A stretch of 64,000 nt of DNA from Antedon mediterranea. Taxonomy: Eukaryota > Animalia > Echinodermata. The position numbers and the translations under genes were made by a program. The notes under the pieces are model-generated. The model worked only from the letters and a program-made list of their open reading frames with translations. It did not search any database and was not told where the DNA came from. The DNA is taken from positions 2,857,788 through 2,921,787 of the forward strand of contig NC_092676.1 in NCBI RefSeq assembly GCF_964355755.1, given 5' to 3'. Positions 29,481 through 41,698 of the stretch are shown one piece after another. The stretch's first letter is position 1, and each line of letters begins with the position of its first letter.

Positions 29481-29752
29481 AGCTTGGTTCCCACTAGAAC
29501 GCAACGCAAGTACGTAATCGCAACACAAGCGAGTTAACCAACCTTTAGCTTATACGGTACGTCGTTACGAATTTACCAAAAACTATTATGTTCATGACGT
29601 TATTAAAATACTTCCTCCAGGTTCCCACCTGAAACGCAATGCAAGGACGTATAAGCGTAACGCAAAAATTTGACTTAACTCTCGCTTGTGATTGGTCAAC
29701 TCACTTGCGTTGCGTTTACGTCATTTTGTTACGTCCTAGTGGGAACCAAGCT
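29481..29752. mobile_element. PIF/Harbinger-type MITE family B
   Basis: TAA|AGCTTGGTTCCCACTAGAACG...CGTCCTAGTGGGAACCAAGCT|TAA. Confidence 0.85.
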
Positions 29753-30504
29753 TAAGAAGCCCATACGGTATATACGTCATTGTTGAATTAAAGGACACAA
29801 CAAAGTTTTCTTAATATGATTCTCATCAGAATACCATCATCAACAGGTTTATTTTTGTGTTGCAATCTCGACAAAATATAATGAGAAAACGTGACAATTA
29901 TATCAGTCATGTGATAGTGGTCAATTTATTAATTTATATAAATAATTATACAAGACAAACATTTAATTCATTAAATGCTAATTAATCCTACAAACAATTA
30001 AATTAATTACATTGTGTCACGCCAAGATTGTAGTTAATTATATGGCTACTGAAGAACACAATTAATACTATAGATATATAATATTAGCAACTGAATGTCT
30101 TTATTTCTTTGTCCGCCGGTCACTTCTTCGTGGACTTGTTGGTCACTTTACAATCCAATCATACATACACATTTATGTGTATACTCGGCTTGGTTTACTA
30201 CAAATGGTGGTCAGACAGTTACGTATTGGTACCAACTTCAGCCCCACCGGGAAGCACTACGAACAAACGACGTTAACGTTTAATTGTTCGTTAGCACAGA
30301 ATTACATTGTAGTCTATACATTCGAGTATAATTATAATATTACAAAATGACTATCTTACTTACGATGGTCAATCTGTATTATTGCTGAGGTGTGACACAC
30401 AGGTTGATGTGAGGTGTACTTAATACATTCCTCAGCAACACACCTGAATAGTTCTATGCAAATTACCCTTTTCGTTTAACTTTTAATGCCGACACTTTTG
30501 ACTG

Positions 30505-30670
30505 TCATCATCATCATCATCCGTTACGCTATTCGTCTTGGGTAGACATTGCGTACGCTAATCGTTTCCATGACTCTCTTTCGGTGGTCTGATGGTCTGT
30601 CATTCATTTTGCGATGGATGTATTTGCTTTTTTGAGTTCTTTATTTATGTTTCCTATCCAGGTAGTTCTT
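30505..30670 (-). mobile_element. LINE 3' end remnant with (ATG)n tail, RTE-like
   Basis: (CAT)n microsatellite at 30506-30520 abutting degraded coding-like sequence. Confidence 0.4.
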
Positions 30671-31018
30671 TTGACTGTGACGACACATTGTTATAACTTG
30701 TTTGTATAATTAATCTCGTCAAAAAACTGACGAAGTTGTAGAATCTGCAAATAACATGTCATAAAAAACATACAAAAAATAAACATTATTTTAATATGGC
30801 TAGTCCTAATGCTGTCCAATATTCCCACGTGATATATAAGTACAAAAAATAACGAATTCAAGCAGGCTCTACTTTATATACAAAAACGATGGCCTACAAC
30901 TAGACTTGCCCCAAGTCTGTAGTTATGTCGCGGCTTTTACGAACAAAGGGCATGCCAATAATTAATCTTAAAATAATACAACAATATGTGTTATTAATTT
31001 TTGAAGAAAATGATCTCA

Positions 31019-34000
31019 TCAAAACCCAGACGAGCTGCTCGAAAGATCCGCAAATGGATCTGGGGCAGGTTCTCTGAATCCTTGATGAAAAATCTTAACA
31101 ACTCTGGTTCTAACATTGGTGGCTCCGAAAGTATTGAGCCATTGTTCGAAGTCCTGTGTACCGAAGACGGATACGGGGCGATCGAACGGATAACCCATCG
31201 GCTTAGTGTCAGGATGAATTCCATCACCCCCTCGACCACAAAGACTAACCCCTGGTCTGTACTCAGCACCCGGTGAAGATATATCCTCATCAAAGTCCGT
31301 GAGCATTACGAAAAGATCGAATTCTTGTCCCTCAAAAGAGCCCTTAGGTACCAATAGGTTGGCAGGCCATCCACAGTCGCAATGCTGGTCAGATGTGCAT
31401 TGGTCCAGCGGCACTCCTGTCTGTGCGGCTTCTTCTACTTTTGCGAATGTTGAAGCGACTTGTGAGATTAGTGTCGAGTCATGTGAAAACCGAGTATACG
31501 TCGTAGTTCCTCTGGTCACTAAAAGAATAGACATAATGGATTATAAATTCTATACAATTAAAATTTGAAAAATCAATAGTAACGCAATCTATGCAACGTA
31601 AGCAAATGCCCTTCTAGTAATTGCGTTTGCCCCTGCCTGCGTGAAATCAAACCTGCGATGTTTGCAGCACTATTGCGTCGTCGGTTCCCCCCAGTTGTGA
31701 TTACGCAATACAACACTTTGTCCCCTAAATAGAAGTGTCCCCTCAATAGGATTGTCCTCTAAAGTAGTGTCTTCTAAAGGTGTGTCATCTAAATAGGGGT
31801 TCTACTGTGTATAGAATAAAAATAAGCACGTACGTGCGATGTCAAATTTGTCCATTTCAAAGAACAATCTCCTTTGATCATTGAATCTGAATAATTGGCC
31901 GATCTCGTCATATCTTGGCGCCATAAAGATTCTGACAGTTGCTCTAGAAGCAGAACCACTGGTTTGGCGGACAGTGATCTCGTACTTGAAGGCTTCGTGA
32001 TTCAAATGGTGATTTCGTACCTATGGAATGTAAAACATAAAACACATCTTTCATTTTGAAGAAGTAAAAAGGCAGTTAAATCAAGCGCGTTTTTTTAAAA
32101 AATGGAGAGCGTTATGTATGTGTATGTGTATGTGCATGCGTATTCATATTTTTCCTCTACTTTTTTGTGAGCTATATTAATAATAAAATGAAGACAGAAG
32201 AAGCATGCCAATATCCTAACATTAATTCTATCAAATCATAACCAACATCAAACAGAGAATGATTCTGTCTTTATTGTGACTGTATCAATTTTCGTTGAGA
32301 AAAATGCAAACAATCAGAGTTTATGCATGTTCGCCAATAAGACACGAGTCTTCATTTTAACGGTCCAAAAAATCGGCCAACAACAACTAGTAAGAGCTCA
32401 GAAATGTCGGTCACGAATGTACAGAGGTAGGCCTACGTAATTTATTTAATACTTCAGGTTCCCTTACCTTGATTGGATTACCACTTTGGTCAAATTCAAA
32501 GTAGATATCTTTACTAATATCAATGACTTCTTCCTCCATGTATGTGTACAGTGTGTTGTCAGAAGGTGTTCCTCTTGTTGTCTTGATTTTGATATCGCTT
32601 AGGCGTACCTCGTCCCACGCAATTTCACTCCTTGTGTAAGGCGGCAACGTTGCTTTGTGCGTGACGAATACATCGTCAATGAACTTATGCCATCGGTAAA
32701 AGACAGGGTCACGATTTGAGGTTCTGGTATCGAACATGGCGCCGGGTTCGGTATTGTAACGACCATCTGGGTCAGTGATGAACGACAACAGTATGTGTCC
32801 CCAGGCGTGCAAGCCAATGAGACCATAAAGTTGTGGGTTCGGTGATGCAATGCTCGCTTCAATTGCTTGGCCTAGGTTGTTGATATCTACAGGGACAGTT
32901 GATCCGTCAGGCTAAAGAAGGAAAATAAGTAACAACCGCATTAGATATTTTTGTAATTGTTTATGTAACTTGAAAGAGCATGACAAGACGAATTTCATTT
33001 TGAAATTACAATAGACATCGATCGTGTGCAGACAGGGGCACAATTAATAAATGTAAATCTGTGTCGGGATCTGTGTTTACCCATCGTATTCTTTAACCTG
33101 GGATTTCTCACAGACTCTTCTCGTAGGCCTGACTGTTTATGGTATAAATTATAGTATTTTGTGTAAAATAAACAGTTGGTTATTATAAAGAATTTAGACT
33201 ATGCATCGTGAACTAACATTGTAAACAAATATTTTTCTATGAATTACAATAAACGCGGGGCAGTGACACCCACTAACAAGAAACAACTTGTGAAGATGCT
33301 GCAATTTTTTTTCGACGTGGTAAAACCCAATACATACTCACCAGAGTAAACCGTTCAAGCCTAATGGCCTCTGCAATTCGATCCCTCTGCTGTTGCAACA
33401 TAACAAGAATATTCTCGCCATCTGGAATTGGAAGATTCAAGTTTGATCTGGATTTCAAACCACCACAGAGAACCATGTTCGATGGACGTGTGCTGTAACC
33501 GCCAAGACCATTGCAGCCTGACAGATCTGGGTTGTATCCTTCCTAAAAAAAAACATGGCTCATTATTAAAACTGGTAGGCCTAACAGGGTCCAAAGTTTG
33601 ATAAAGACAAATTTGAAGAAATAAAGAATCATATTGATTCAATATTTCGAACATTTGTTCATCTTGTTCTTTTAGAACCCTAAATAGCGTTGATTTGATC
33701 ATCCTTCCACTAGAAGTATGAGGACTTCTTCCGCATGTTCGACTGGGCACAGTCGATCATCGGACATAATGGAGAGCAAAAGAAGAAGTAAAAGATCAGA
33801 AGATTCCGAATAGAGAAGATAGAGACCATCGTGTTAGAAAACTTCTCTACCCTAATCAGTATACTTTGTGAGAAGTCTATTTAAATGTCATAAACTACTA
33901 AAGTCCAAAGCTCTGTCTTCACTAGCAAACTACTTAGACAACAAAAGAGTGATGTGCCCAAATATGGTATAGTGATATTACGAGTTAATTCAATCAAGAG

Positions 34001-37000
34001 AGGCCTAAGCTATGCCAGCCTCTATCCTGGAATTTAGCTTTTTGCTTGTTCCAGACACACAAAAGTAAATATGACGGTATACTCACTACAATTGGTTTAT
34101 TCCACTCGTGAAGGCCGAGAACACGAGTCAGTCCAGCAGCCAATCTCTCAGTATCATAACGGGCAAGAATCTGCTGATGAGTATAGTAAAACAACTCCCC
34201 TTGGCGATCTTTAACCAGAAAGAATCCATTAGAGACATGCCATTGCCAATGGTAAAAGTTGAATCCAATATCTTCTCTAAAGTAAGCCAAACGTGACTCA
34301 GGATCACGACGGTTGGAAGTTGAAAAGAGGTCAAGATCAAGTCCTCGTACAATCTGCGACGTCCCTGGTAACTGTGCTTCAGCCGTCGCCTGGTCAATCT
34401 GACCATTCACAAAAAACGCTTGAGCTTGGAGCTGAAAGACAGGAGGTATGCGGACACCTGTTGCGTCGTCTCGATTCTGAATGGCCACATGGAATGCAAA
34501 TAGCCATAATTCTGTATTAATGTTATCACGAAATATCGTTGCAATTGTAATAAATACATCGAAGTCTTCAGCACTTTGCAAATACTGAATAACAGACGTA
34601 GCTTCCTCACGATGCGCATCGACGAAGATCGAAAACTTTTCTCCTCGAGGGAGGAGGCCTACACCGGGTGGAAGGTTGACATTCTTTGCTTTGTTAGCGT
34701 CGATAGGGTCAGCCGGCGTAAGAACTCCTAATGTAGCTTTTTGTTTGTATGTATCTGTAATAATTAATTCATAATCTATAGAATAACATAAATTAATTGC
34801 ACGTACAGTATAATATACGTTATACCAAATGTGAAATCAAAAGCAAGACAGAATATATCTTCTCTATAAGAACTATACATTGTTGGAACGCTTTTCCAAA
34901 AACAATGTCATTGAATCTCAAAATTTAAACCAATTTAAAACCGCACTAAAAAAGCAGTGGTCTAACCACGCATTAAAATACAGCTCATACGAATCATAGA
35001 AGGCACAGAAGCATGAAGGCTTTAAGTTTAAGTCTCGAAATCCAGGTAGGTAGATATATTATATTGTATATTGTTCTTTGTTCTGGTTGGTAAGCTGAAC
35101 CACCACATTAATTCACATATATCATGTTTACGTAAATAGGCCTTAAGTGTGAAAAATCAATAACAACAAACAATTTGTAAACATTATTTCCTTAATTATT
35201 TCACTCGACTAAAACTATTACACAACATTTAGAATCAGAATTAAAGACAAATTAACATTTTACAGTAAAATTAATTCCTTACTTATCGCTCTTTTATTTC
35301 TTAAAGATGTATTTTCAACAACTTTATAATTTTCTTTCATATCAGAAACAATCTGAAAAAAAACCAAACAAAATATAATTCAGTATATTAGTATTTATTA
35401 AAATGTACAGTTAAACGATAAAGACGGTTTGTTATTACAGGCTATTTATTCATTACCGTAAGAATACTGTGATGGCGCTAGTTACTATTCGTTATGCATG
35501 ATTAATTAATATAATGACGTCATGCGTAAACGGCATAATACGGGGAAAGATTAGTATGACTCAGGGGTTCATTGTGAGTACGGAAGGGAGACCAGTGTAT
35601 GTCATGCTATTGTAAATACAATACAATAAAACTATCACACAAACTCCGGGAATGAAATTCATTTGGTTGTGCAATGCAATTTCATAAAAACGTTAAAAAA
35701 GTACACAAAAGACAACTATCATAACAAAATCTAAATATTATAAAAAAACTAATAAAATCCGGTTTATTTTGCACAGCATTCCAATTATCTTACTATTGTA
35801 GGATCTAACGGCAGTAGGAATAAATGACTTATTATAGCGCTCAGGTTTGTTTTTTTACTAAGTACGAATGAATTGAGTTGATTCTCGTTATTTTGTATTA
35901 AATTGTACGTCAGAAGCGTTATCATAATAATATGATTTTAATACGGACATAGCTTTTATTTTAATCCTTCTTGGATTATTATATTATTCTTATACTAAGG
36001 TCAATCAATAGCATGAAACAATAATTAAATAAACTTAGATTAAAAATTATCCAAACTGATCCGCAAAGGATATGAGAAGTTTCATCGTTTAAACCATTAA
36101 TTCATATACCGTATATTGTATTATTGCCCTGTCCACACTGTCACACTTTATGTTGCAAAAAAATGTGATGTGCCCATATATGGACATGATGATGTCATAT
36201 CACTACCATATTTAAGCATATCACTACCATAGTTGGGCACATCACATTTTTAATAGTGTAGATACTTTACACAATAATGGAATCAAATTCAACATCTACA
36301 AAAGTTAATGGTGATAGATTGTCCTATATAAATATTGAAAGGTTTGCCATGCACAAAAATTTACTACATACAGGAAAGTACGAAGATTTAATATATTAAT
36401 TTGTATAAGGGGCTATATAAAATTGTCCATCAATAGGAAGAATGTTGAAATAAAAACAATGTAAGAAAACAATCATTGCATTCATGTCAGAGATTTACTT
36501 TTGATGAAGAGATTTGTTATTAGCTGTGATGTACCAACATGAGAATCATAGTTTAAAAGTCCAGTTTCCATTAACACACCACTTGACAGTCGCGATCATG
36601 CGATGAACAATTTTAGTAATTCTTTTTACGCGATCGTGCAATTGTGATGGACACAGTTTAATAACTCTTTCTATCCTTTTTACTGAATACAACAGAACAC
36701 TTGGCAACCGCTATTATGCAAATGTGACGAACAATTTAATCAAATTCTTGCTATCCTTTTTACTGAATACAAAACATATAGAGTAAAACAAAGTCTTGTG
36801 GCTCCAACATTTGATACGGTTAACTGAGAGGATGAGAAACTATTGTTTGTTTTCCTAATAATTACTTGTTACCAGCAGTTAATTCTTTTGACACCCCAAG
36901 GAGAAACTTGTTAAGAAATAAATGAGGAGAAATATATCATTTAACACTCAACGAATCTATTCAGCGATCAGCGGACAACCATAAAGCGTGGTTCCCACTA

Positions 37001-37321
37001 GCGACGCAACGCAAGGACGTAACGCAACGCAAGTGAATTGACCAATCCCAAGCGATGGCTTATTCGCTTGTGATTGCTAACTGTCTATAACTTATTTCCA
37101 TTGTGGTCCGTTCTAGTGGGAACCAAGCTTAAGGGACACTCTAGTAAAATGAATGAATGAGATATATTATTCTTTAACACTACAACCAACCCTTTATTGT
37201 CCCGCCAAAGGTGTCCCCTATAGTGATTCCATTGTATTTAATAACTTACCTTTTCTATTACCGATGACTCTGCTGCAACCACAAGCAGCACAAGCGCGCC
37301 AAATACCAATGACCGCTTCAT
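31019..37321 (-). CDS. Secreted hemocyanin/prophenoloxidase-like type-3 copper protein (arthropod hemocyanin superfamily), 713 aa, 7 exons
   Basis: Exons 37321-37250, 35352-35283, 34754-34087, 33542-33342, 32911-32468, 32020-31834 and 31518-31019 are all GT-AG and phase-consistent (2142 nt). Motifs: signal peptide MKRSLVFGALVLLVVAAES; LLPRGEKFSIF; CuA REDIGFNFYHWQWH..DRQGELFYYTHQQILARY; CuB LHAWGH..RDPVFYRWHKFID; C-domain HLNHEAFKY, CDCGWPANLLVPKG and PMGYPFDR. Confidence 0.95.
34850..35000 (+). mobile_element. CR1/L2-like LINE 3' remnant in intron 2 of the copper-protein gene
   Basis: Degraded W-N-x-L...VIESQNLNQFKTALKKQW, like a CR1/L2 ORF2 C-terminus. Confidence 0.45.
36985..37129. mobile_element. 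Harbinger MITE family B nested in a Tc1-type MITE in intron 1
   Basis: TAA|AGCGTGGTTCCCACTAG...CTAGTGGGAACCAAGCT|TAA. The flanks rejoin as a GGACA..TAAGGGACACTC motif of the Tc1-type family. Confidence 0.8.
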
Positions 37322-37339
37322 ATTGACTCCTAAGATACG

Positions 37340-37373
37340 TCTGTTCAACTTAATACCAACGATAGCTTTTATA
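37340..37373 (-). promoter_or_regulatory. TATA-box core promoter of the hemocyanin/PPO-like gene
   Basis: TATAAAAG at 37373-37366, an Inr-like TTAAGTT just downstream and ATG at 37321. Confidence 0.65.
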
Positions 37374-38494
37374 TGTTAAGAAGTCAACGCTTACGTGGAA
37401 TAAAGCAGGACACAGTAACAGTCTTTTAACTAACTGGATTTAACATCGCCACAACGTAGCCTTGAAGACCACTTATAAGAAACCGACAATATCTCAAGTG
37501 GAAGACAAATACTAAAATGATTAACATTAAAAAATCTTTGGTTAATTAGTAAATAAATATGCTTTATACAAATATTCAATTGAGGTTGGATATAAACAGA
37601 AGATTTTCTTTTAGCTGAAGAAACTCGGAAGTTACCACTTGGAAAGTATATACTGTAGTGATTATAATTTAATGTTCAAAACATTTGGTAAATTTACTAT
37701 AATTAAAACTTTAGGTAATTTAATGTTTAAATTTAGGCCTAACTCGAGGCTAAACGGATATCTTTAAATAACATGTATTTTTTATTTGTAAAATTTCTCT
37801 CTCATTAGGCATTACAGTAACTTTTCGGAAACTTGGCACATTTTAAAGAAACGATTTGAGTTTTTGCATCTTCACTGAGAATAAAAAATCATTGATACTC
37901 ACAGCATTTATTTTCAGTATTTTGCCTTTAGATATATATATGTATAATATAGTTTGTTGTATATTTTTTAACCGTTTTTTTGTATCGCCATATATCTTTT
38001 TTTAAAGCTTAAGTTGTTGTTTTGGTTTGATTGTTTTAGTTTGGTTTAGCTGTTTTGTTGTTTATTTTTCATTGCAATAAAAATGAATGTATTGAATTTA
38101 ATTAAGGTCCACTAACGATAACGATCGATTGAAGTCCATTAAAAATGACTTCATGATTAGTAAGAGAAACACTATCATGACGACACAATACTTCTATTGT
38201 TCTTCTTAAGACAGTTATTAAAATATTAATTTAACAAAGAAAGAAAATACTATCCTTTATTTGGACAAATCTTTAAACCACAACTTCAAAAATAAGATTT
38301 AAGAATTTCTTTTAGTAGTTTGTGTGAAGTAAAGATTATAATAGGGCCTACTCTACGCCTATGAAATACATTCAATTAATAAAATAGAAAATGACACACT
38401 ATTAGTAGGCTATTAGTTTCTCGACGTATAACATTCCAGGGAGAACTTCCCGGTTGGCAATGGTTACTAAAGTTTTTACTCATCTTTGTTACAG

Positions 38495-38790
38495 TTGGTT
38501 CCCACTAGAACGTAACGCAAGGACGTAAACGCAACGCAAGCGTTTTAACCAATGACAAGCGAAGTTATAGACAGTTAGCAATCAATCACAAGCGAATAAG
38601 ACATCGTTTGTGATTGTTCAATTTACTGGTATCGGTCTTTCTAATGAATTCCTTTAGCGTGGTTCCCACTAGCGACGCAACACAAGGACGTAACGCAACG
38701 CAAGTGAATTGATCAATCACAAGCGATGGCTTATTCGCTTGTCATTGGTTAAAACGCTTGCGTTGCGTTTACGTTCTAGTGGGAACCAAG
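38495..38790. mobile_element. Composite of two Harbinger MITE family B copies
   Basis: TTGGTTCCCACTAGAACG at 38495, AGCGTGGTTCCCACTAG at ~38656 and CTAGTGGGAACCAAG ending at 38790. Confidence 0.8.
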
Positions 38791-39547
38791 AAAGCTTTAA
38801 TATTAAAATAGTAATTAAGCAACTTATGTTTATTCGGGTCAACTGTTCTACTTTCTAAATGTCTTAATGAACCAGATTACCGTAATCCATTGAAATCCGG
38901 TATTGAATCCACGCGGATGTGTGGTAGATATATCGCAGAAATTAGGGATTTGAACTTCACTACCATATTTGGGCATATCACTATCATATTTGGGCATATT
39001 ACTATCATATTTGGGCATATCACTACCATATTTGGGCACATCACATTTTTTTCCTTAAAGTGAATGAGTCTCGTGATAAAAAGTATGTATTTTAATTGGC
39101 TCATTTTATAATACAGTATTTATAAAGAAAAACTAAAAATATATGAGATTTCTAACAATGTATTAGCTACGGTACGCAATAAATAATGAAAGAATTAAAA
39201 CGAGGAACATCAACAACTAAACAAAAACATTTTATACACTTTTTTTCTGTATTTTCAGAACAGATTCAGTCCCTATTCATCAAGTAGGCCTAAGCTACAG
39301 GATGTAAATTAAATAAAAAACCAGTTTTACTACGGAAAGATAACCATAAATAGATAGGCTAAATATTAATAAGATAAGAAGTTTTCACCCTTGAACTAGA
39401 ATAATCATATTGCTTACATCTCCAATCAAATGACGTCATGATCAATAATAACAATACAATACTAACATTATTTTCATCGAAGACAGTATAGGCCTGATTA
39501 TCATCACCGATCGTTATTACCCGTAGTATTATTATGACAGGCCTTAA

Positions 39548-40094
39548 AGATGTATTGTCCCTTTGACTAATTCCAAAAAAATAAAAAATAACAGATTTCG
39601 AAAAAAGGTGGGTCATTTTGAAGTATCATAATAGTTATTAACTATCACCAAAAATTTGTCGAAAAAAAAATCATTTAACTGAAATACAGACGTTTTTTTT
39701 GTTTAAAAAATAACTCTGACTTCCAGTCAAAGTTTTCGATCAAAACATACCCCATAATGAAACGCGCTTGTTTGGCTACTCTGTATGCATAATCATAAAA
39801 CTTCCTCATGATCTGTGTGAAAATACCTTCTCTACCGTGACGAGTTGTAAACAATCCTAATTAGCATATGCATAATGCATACTCGTGGTTTGAAATCTTT
39901 GTTTACTTTCGCTCGCGACGATTTTCCAGACGAAATGTAATCGAACTAATTTACCTGTTAATTACGTAAACTTGTTGCTTTTGGCTCGAATTTTCAACTT
40001 AAAGTGAATAACTTTAATATTACTTTGATATGGCCAATTTAAATTTAGAATATTTTGACCTTCATTTTTTTGTGTTTCAAGGGACAATACATCT
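39548..40094. mobile_element. Kolobok-type non-autonomous DNA transposon (related piece at 54756-55004)
   Basis: TTAA|AGATGTATTGTCCC...GGGACAATACATCT|TTAA; AG..CT termini with a TTAA target duplication. Confidence 0.8.
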
Positions 40095-41161
40095 TTAAAT
40101 AATTGCAACGCTTAATTTTCATCGGAAACGTAAAATTACGTTTATGATGAAGTTTAAATAAAGCAAAGTTTATGATTGCCATCACTAAATTTAATTACAA
40201 ACGAACACAGGCCTATATGCCTACATAAGAGTTGTCGACAGATGAGTTGCCGCTATTTTGGAATTGGATTGGTGGGCAGTTTAAAAGCGCTACATTTGAA
40301 GAAAAAAAAATCGCGGAAGAATATCGTAACATCAGAAGGTTTATATTAGACTAATAACAGCTGATGTTAGTTCTACTACTTCCGCGATATAGTTCAATTT
40401 TTTAATAATATAATGGAATTTCTACAATATTATTAGATAATAACGTTTATATTAGCACCTATTTATATACTACTGTTTTATATACATTAACTATTCCATG
40501 TTTTTAAATTAAAACAACATATATAAACAGTAATCACAAGTAAATGCTTGCTTGCTATAATAAATGAAAGATTTGAAAATTGAAACAATATTTTCAATTT
40601 ATGCATAAGTTATTATCAAGCAATCAAATTCGTTATAAATCAAATAAAAAATCAGTAAAAATTAATAAAACATGCTACGCACATATCCATGTTTAATTAC
40701 CTCCACCTCCCCCACCCCACCTCGATATATATTTTCCCTCATGTCACACATTCAAGAAATAACATCTTTCTATAGCTTTTGATGCTAAACTTTCAATTTC
40801 AAAAACGTTCTCCCTGCTAATTTTGATTTCAATGTTTAAATTCAGTGTGAACAGTCAATTTAACATTATCATTTTAATCGTCATCATTGCACTAAATATT
40901 CTAACAATTGCTGTTAATTTATAATTAATAATAAAAATTATATAATAAAATAAAGGAAGGTAAAAATGTATGATATGTTCAAAATCAAAAATATTAGATA
41001 TTATATAACATTTTATATTTAAAAACCTATTTAGTGCCTCTGTTTCAACATAGAGGAACTTCTTAGAAAATCCTTAAAAACCTTAAAAGTGGAGAATGAC
41101 AAACAATTTCCACTTCTCTAAAAATAATATATATTTATATATATTTGTTTATTATAAAACA

Positions 41162-41310
41162 TATCAAACTTTTTGTGACAAAAAAATGTGATGTGTCCAT
41201 ATATGGACATGATGATGCCATACCACTACCATATTTGGGTATATCACTACCATATTTGGGCACATCACACATTTTTTGTCCAACTATAGTTTGATAGTGT
41301 AGACAGAGCT
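41162..41310. mobile_element. Harbinger MITE family A copy (others at ~33909-33975, ~36126-36262, ~38956-39050, 42339-42469)
   Basis: Same TIR and internal 21-bp units. Confidence 0.85.
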
Positions 41311-41698
41311 TAAGTTTATACTATCTTTAAATCTTCGACATATCTACATAATTTTACAAACTTTCTTTATATTATTGTAATAGCGCGATATAAATATTGT
41401 TCATAATTTGCTAAGGCATCTACGATAATTCTGAGTAAAAAAATATATAGATATGATGAACTGATATGATGAATTGATTATTAAAAAATAATGATAAAAT
41501 GTTGATAATAACATGTTAATGACTTGATAACTTCCTCTATCTTTTAAATACTATATGAGGCTCTTGTGTACACATGACCACCAGATGAGCCAATGAGAGT
41601 TAAGCATCCTGCTTAGGATTTCCGACAAGACAGAACAGACATGTCTCAAACCAGTTCCTCCTAGCGCGTCTTGCTTCATACGATTTGCATAAATTGAT

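Noticed and set aside
30994-34619. Overlapping antisense or alternate-frame ORFs (31001..31276, 31299..31568, 32599..32862, 34108..34520 and others)
   Set aside because: Shadows of the GC-richer hemocyanin/PPO-like exons.
35301-35313. 13-nt match to the Kolobok terminus inside exon 2 of the copper-protein gene
   Set aside because: Short AT-rich match with no partner terminus; likely chance.
38848-39104. MPKYGSD-repeat ORFs (also 20058..20315 and 24749..24943)
   Set aside because: Translations of the 21-bp internal unit of MITE family A.
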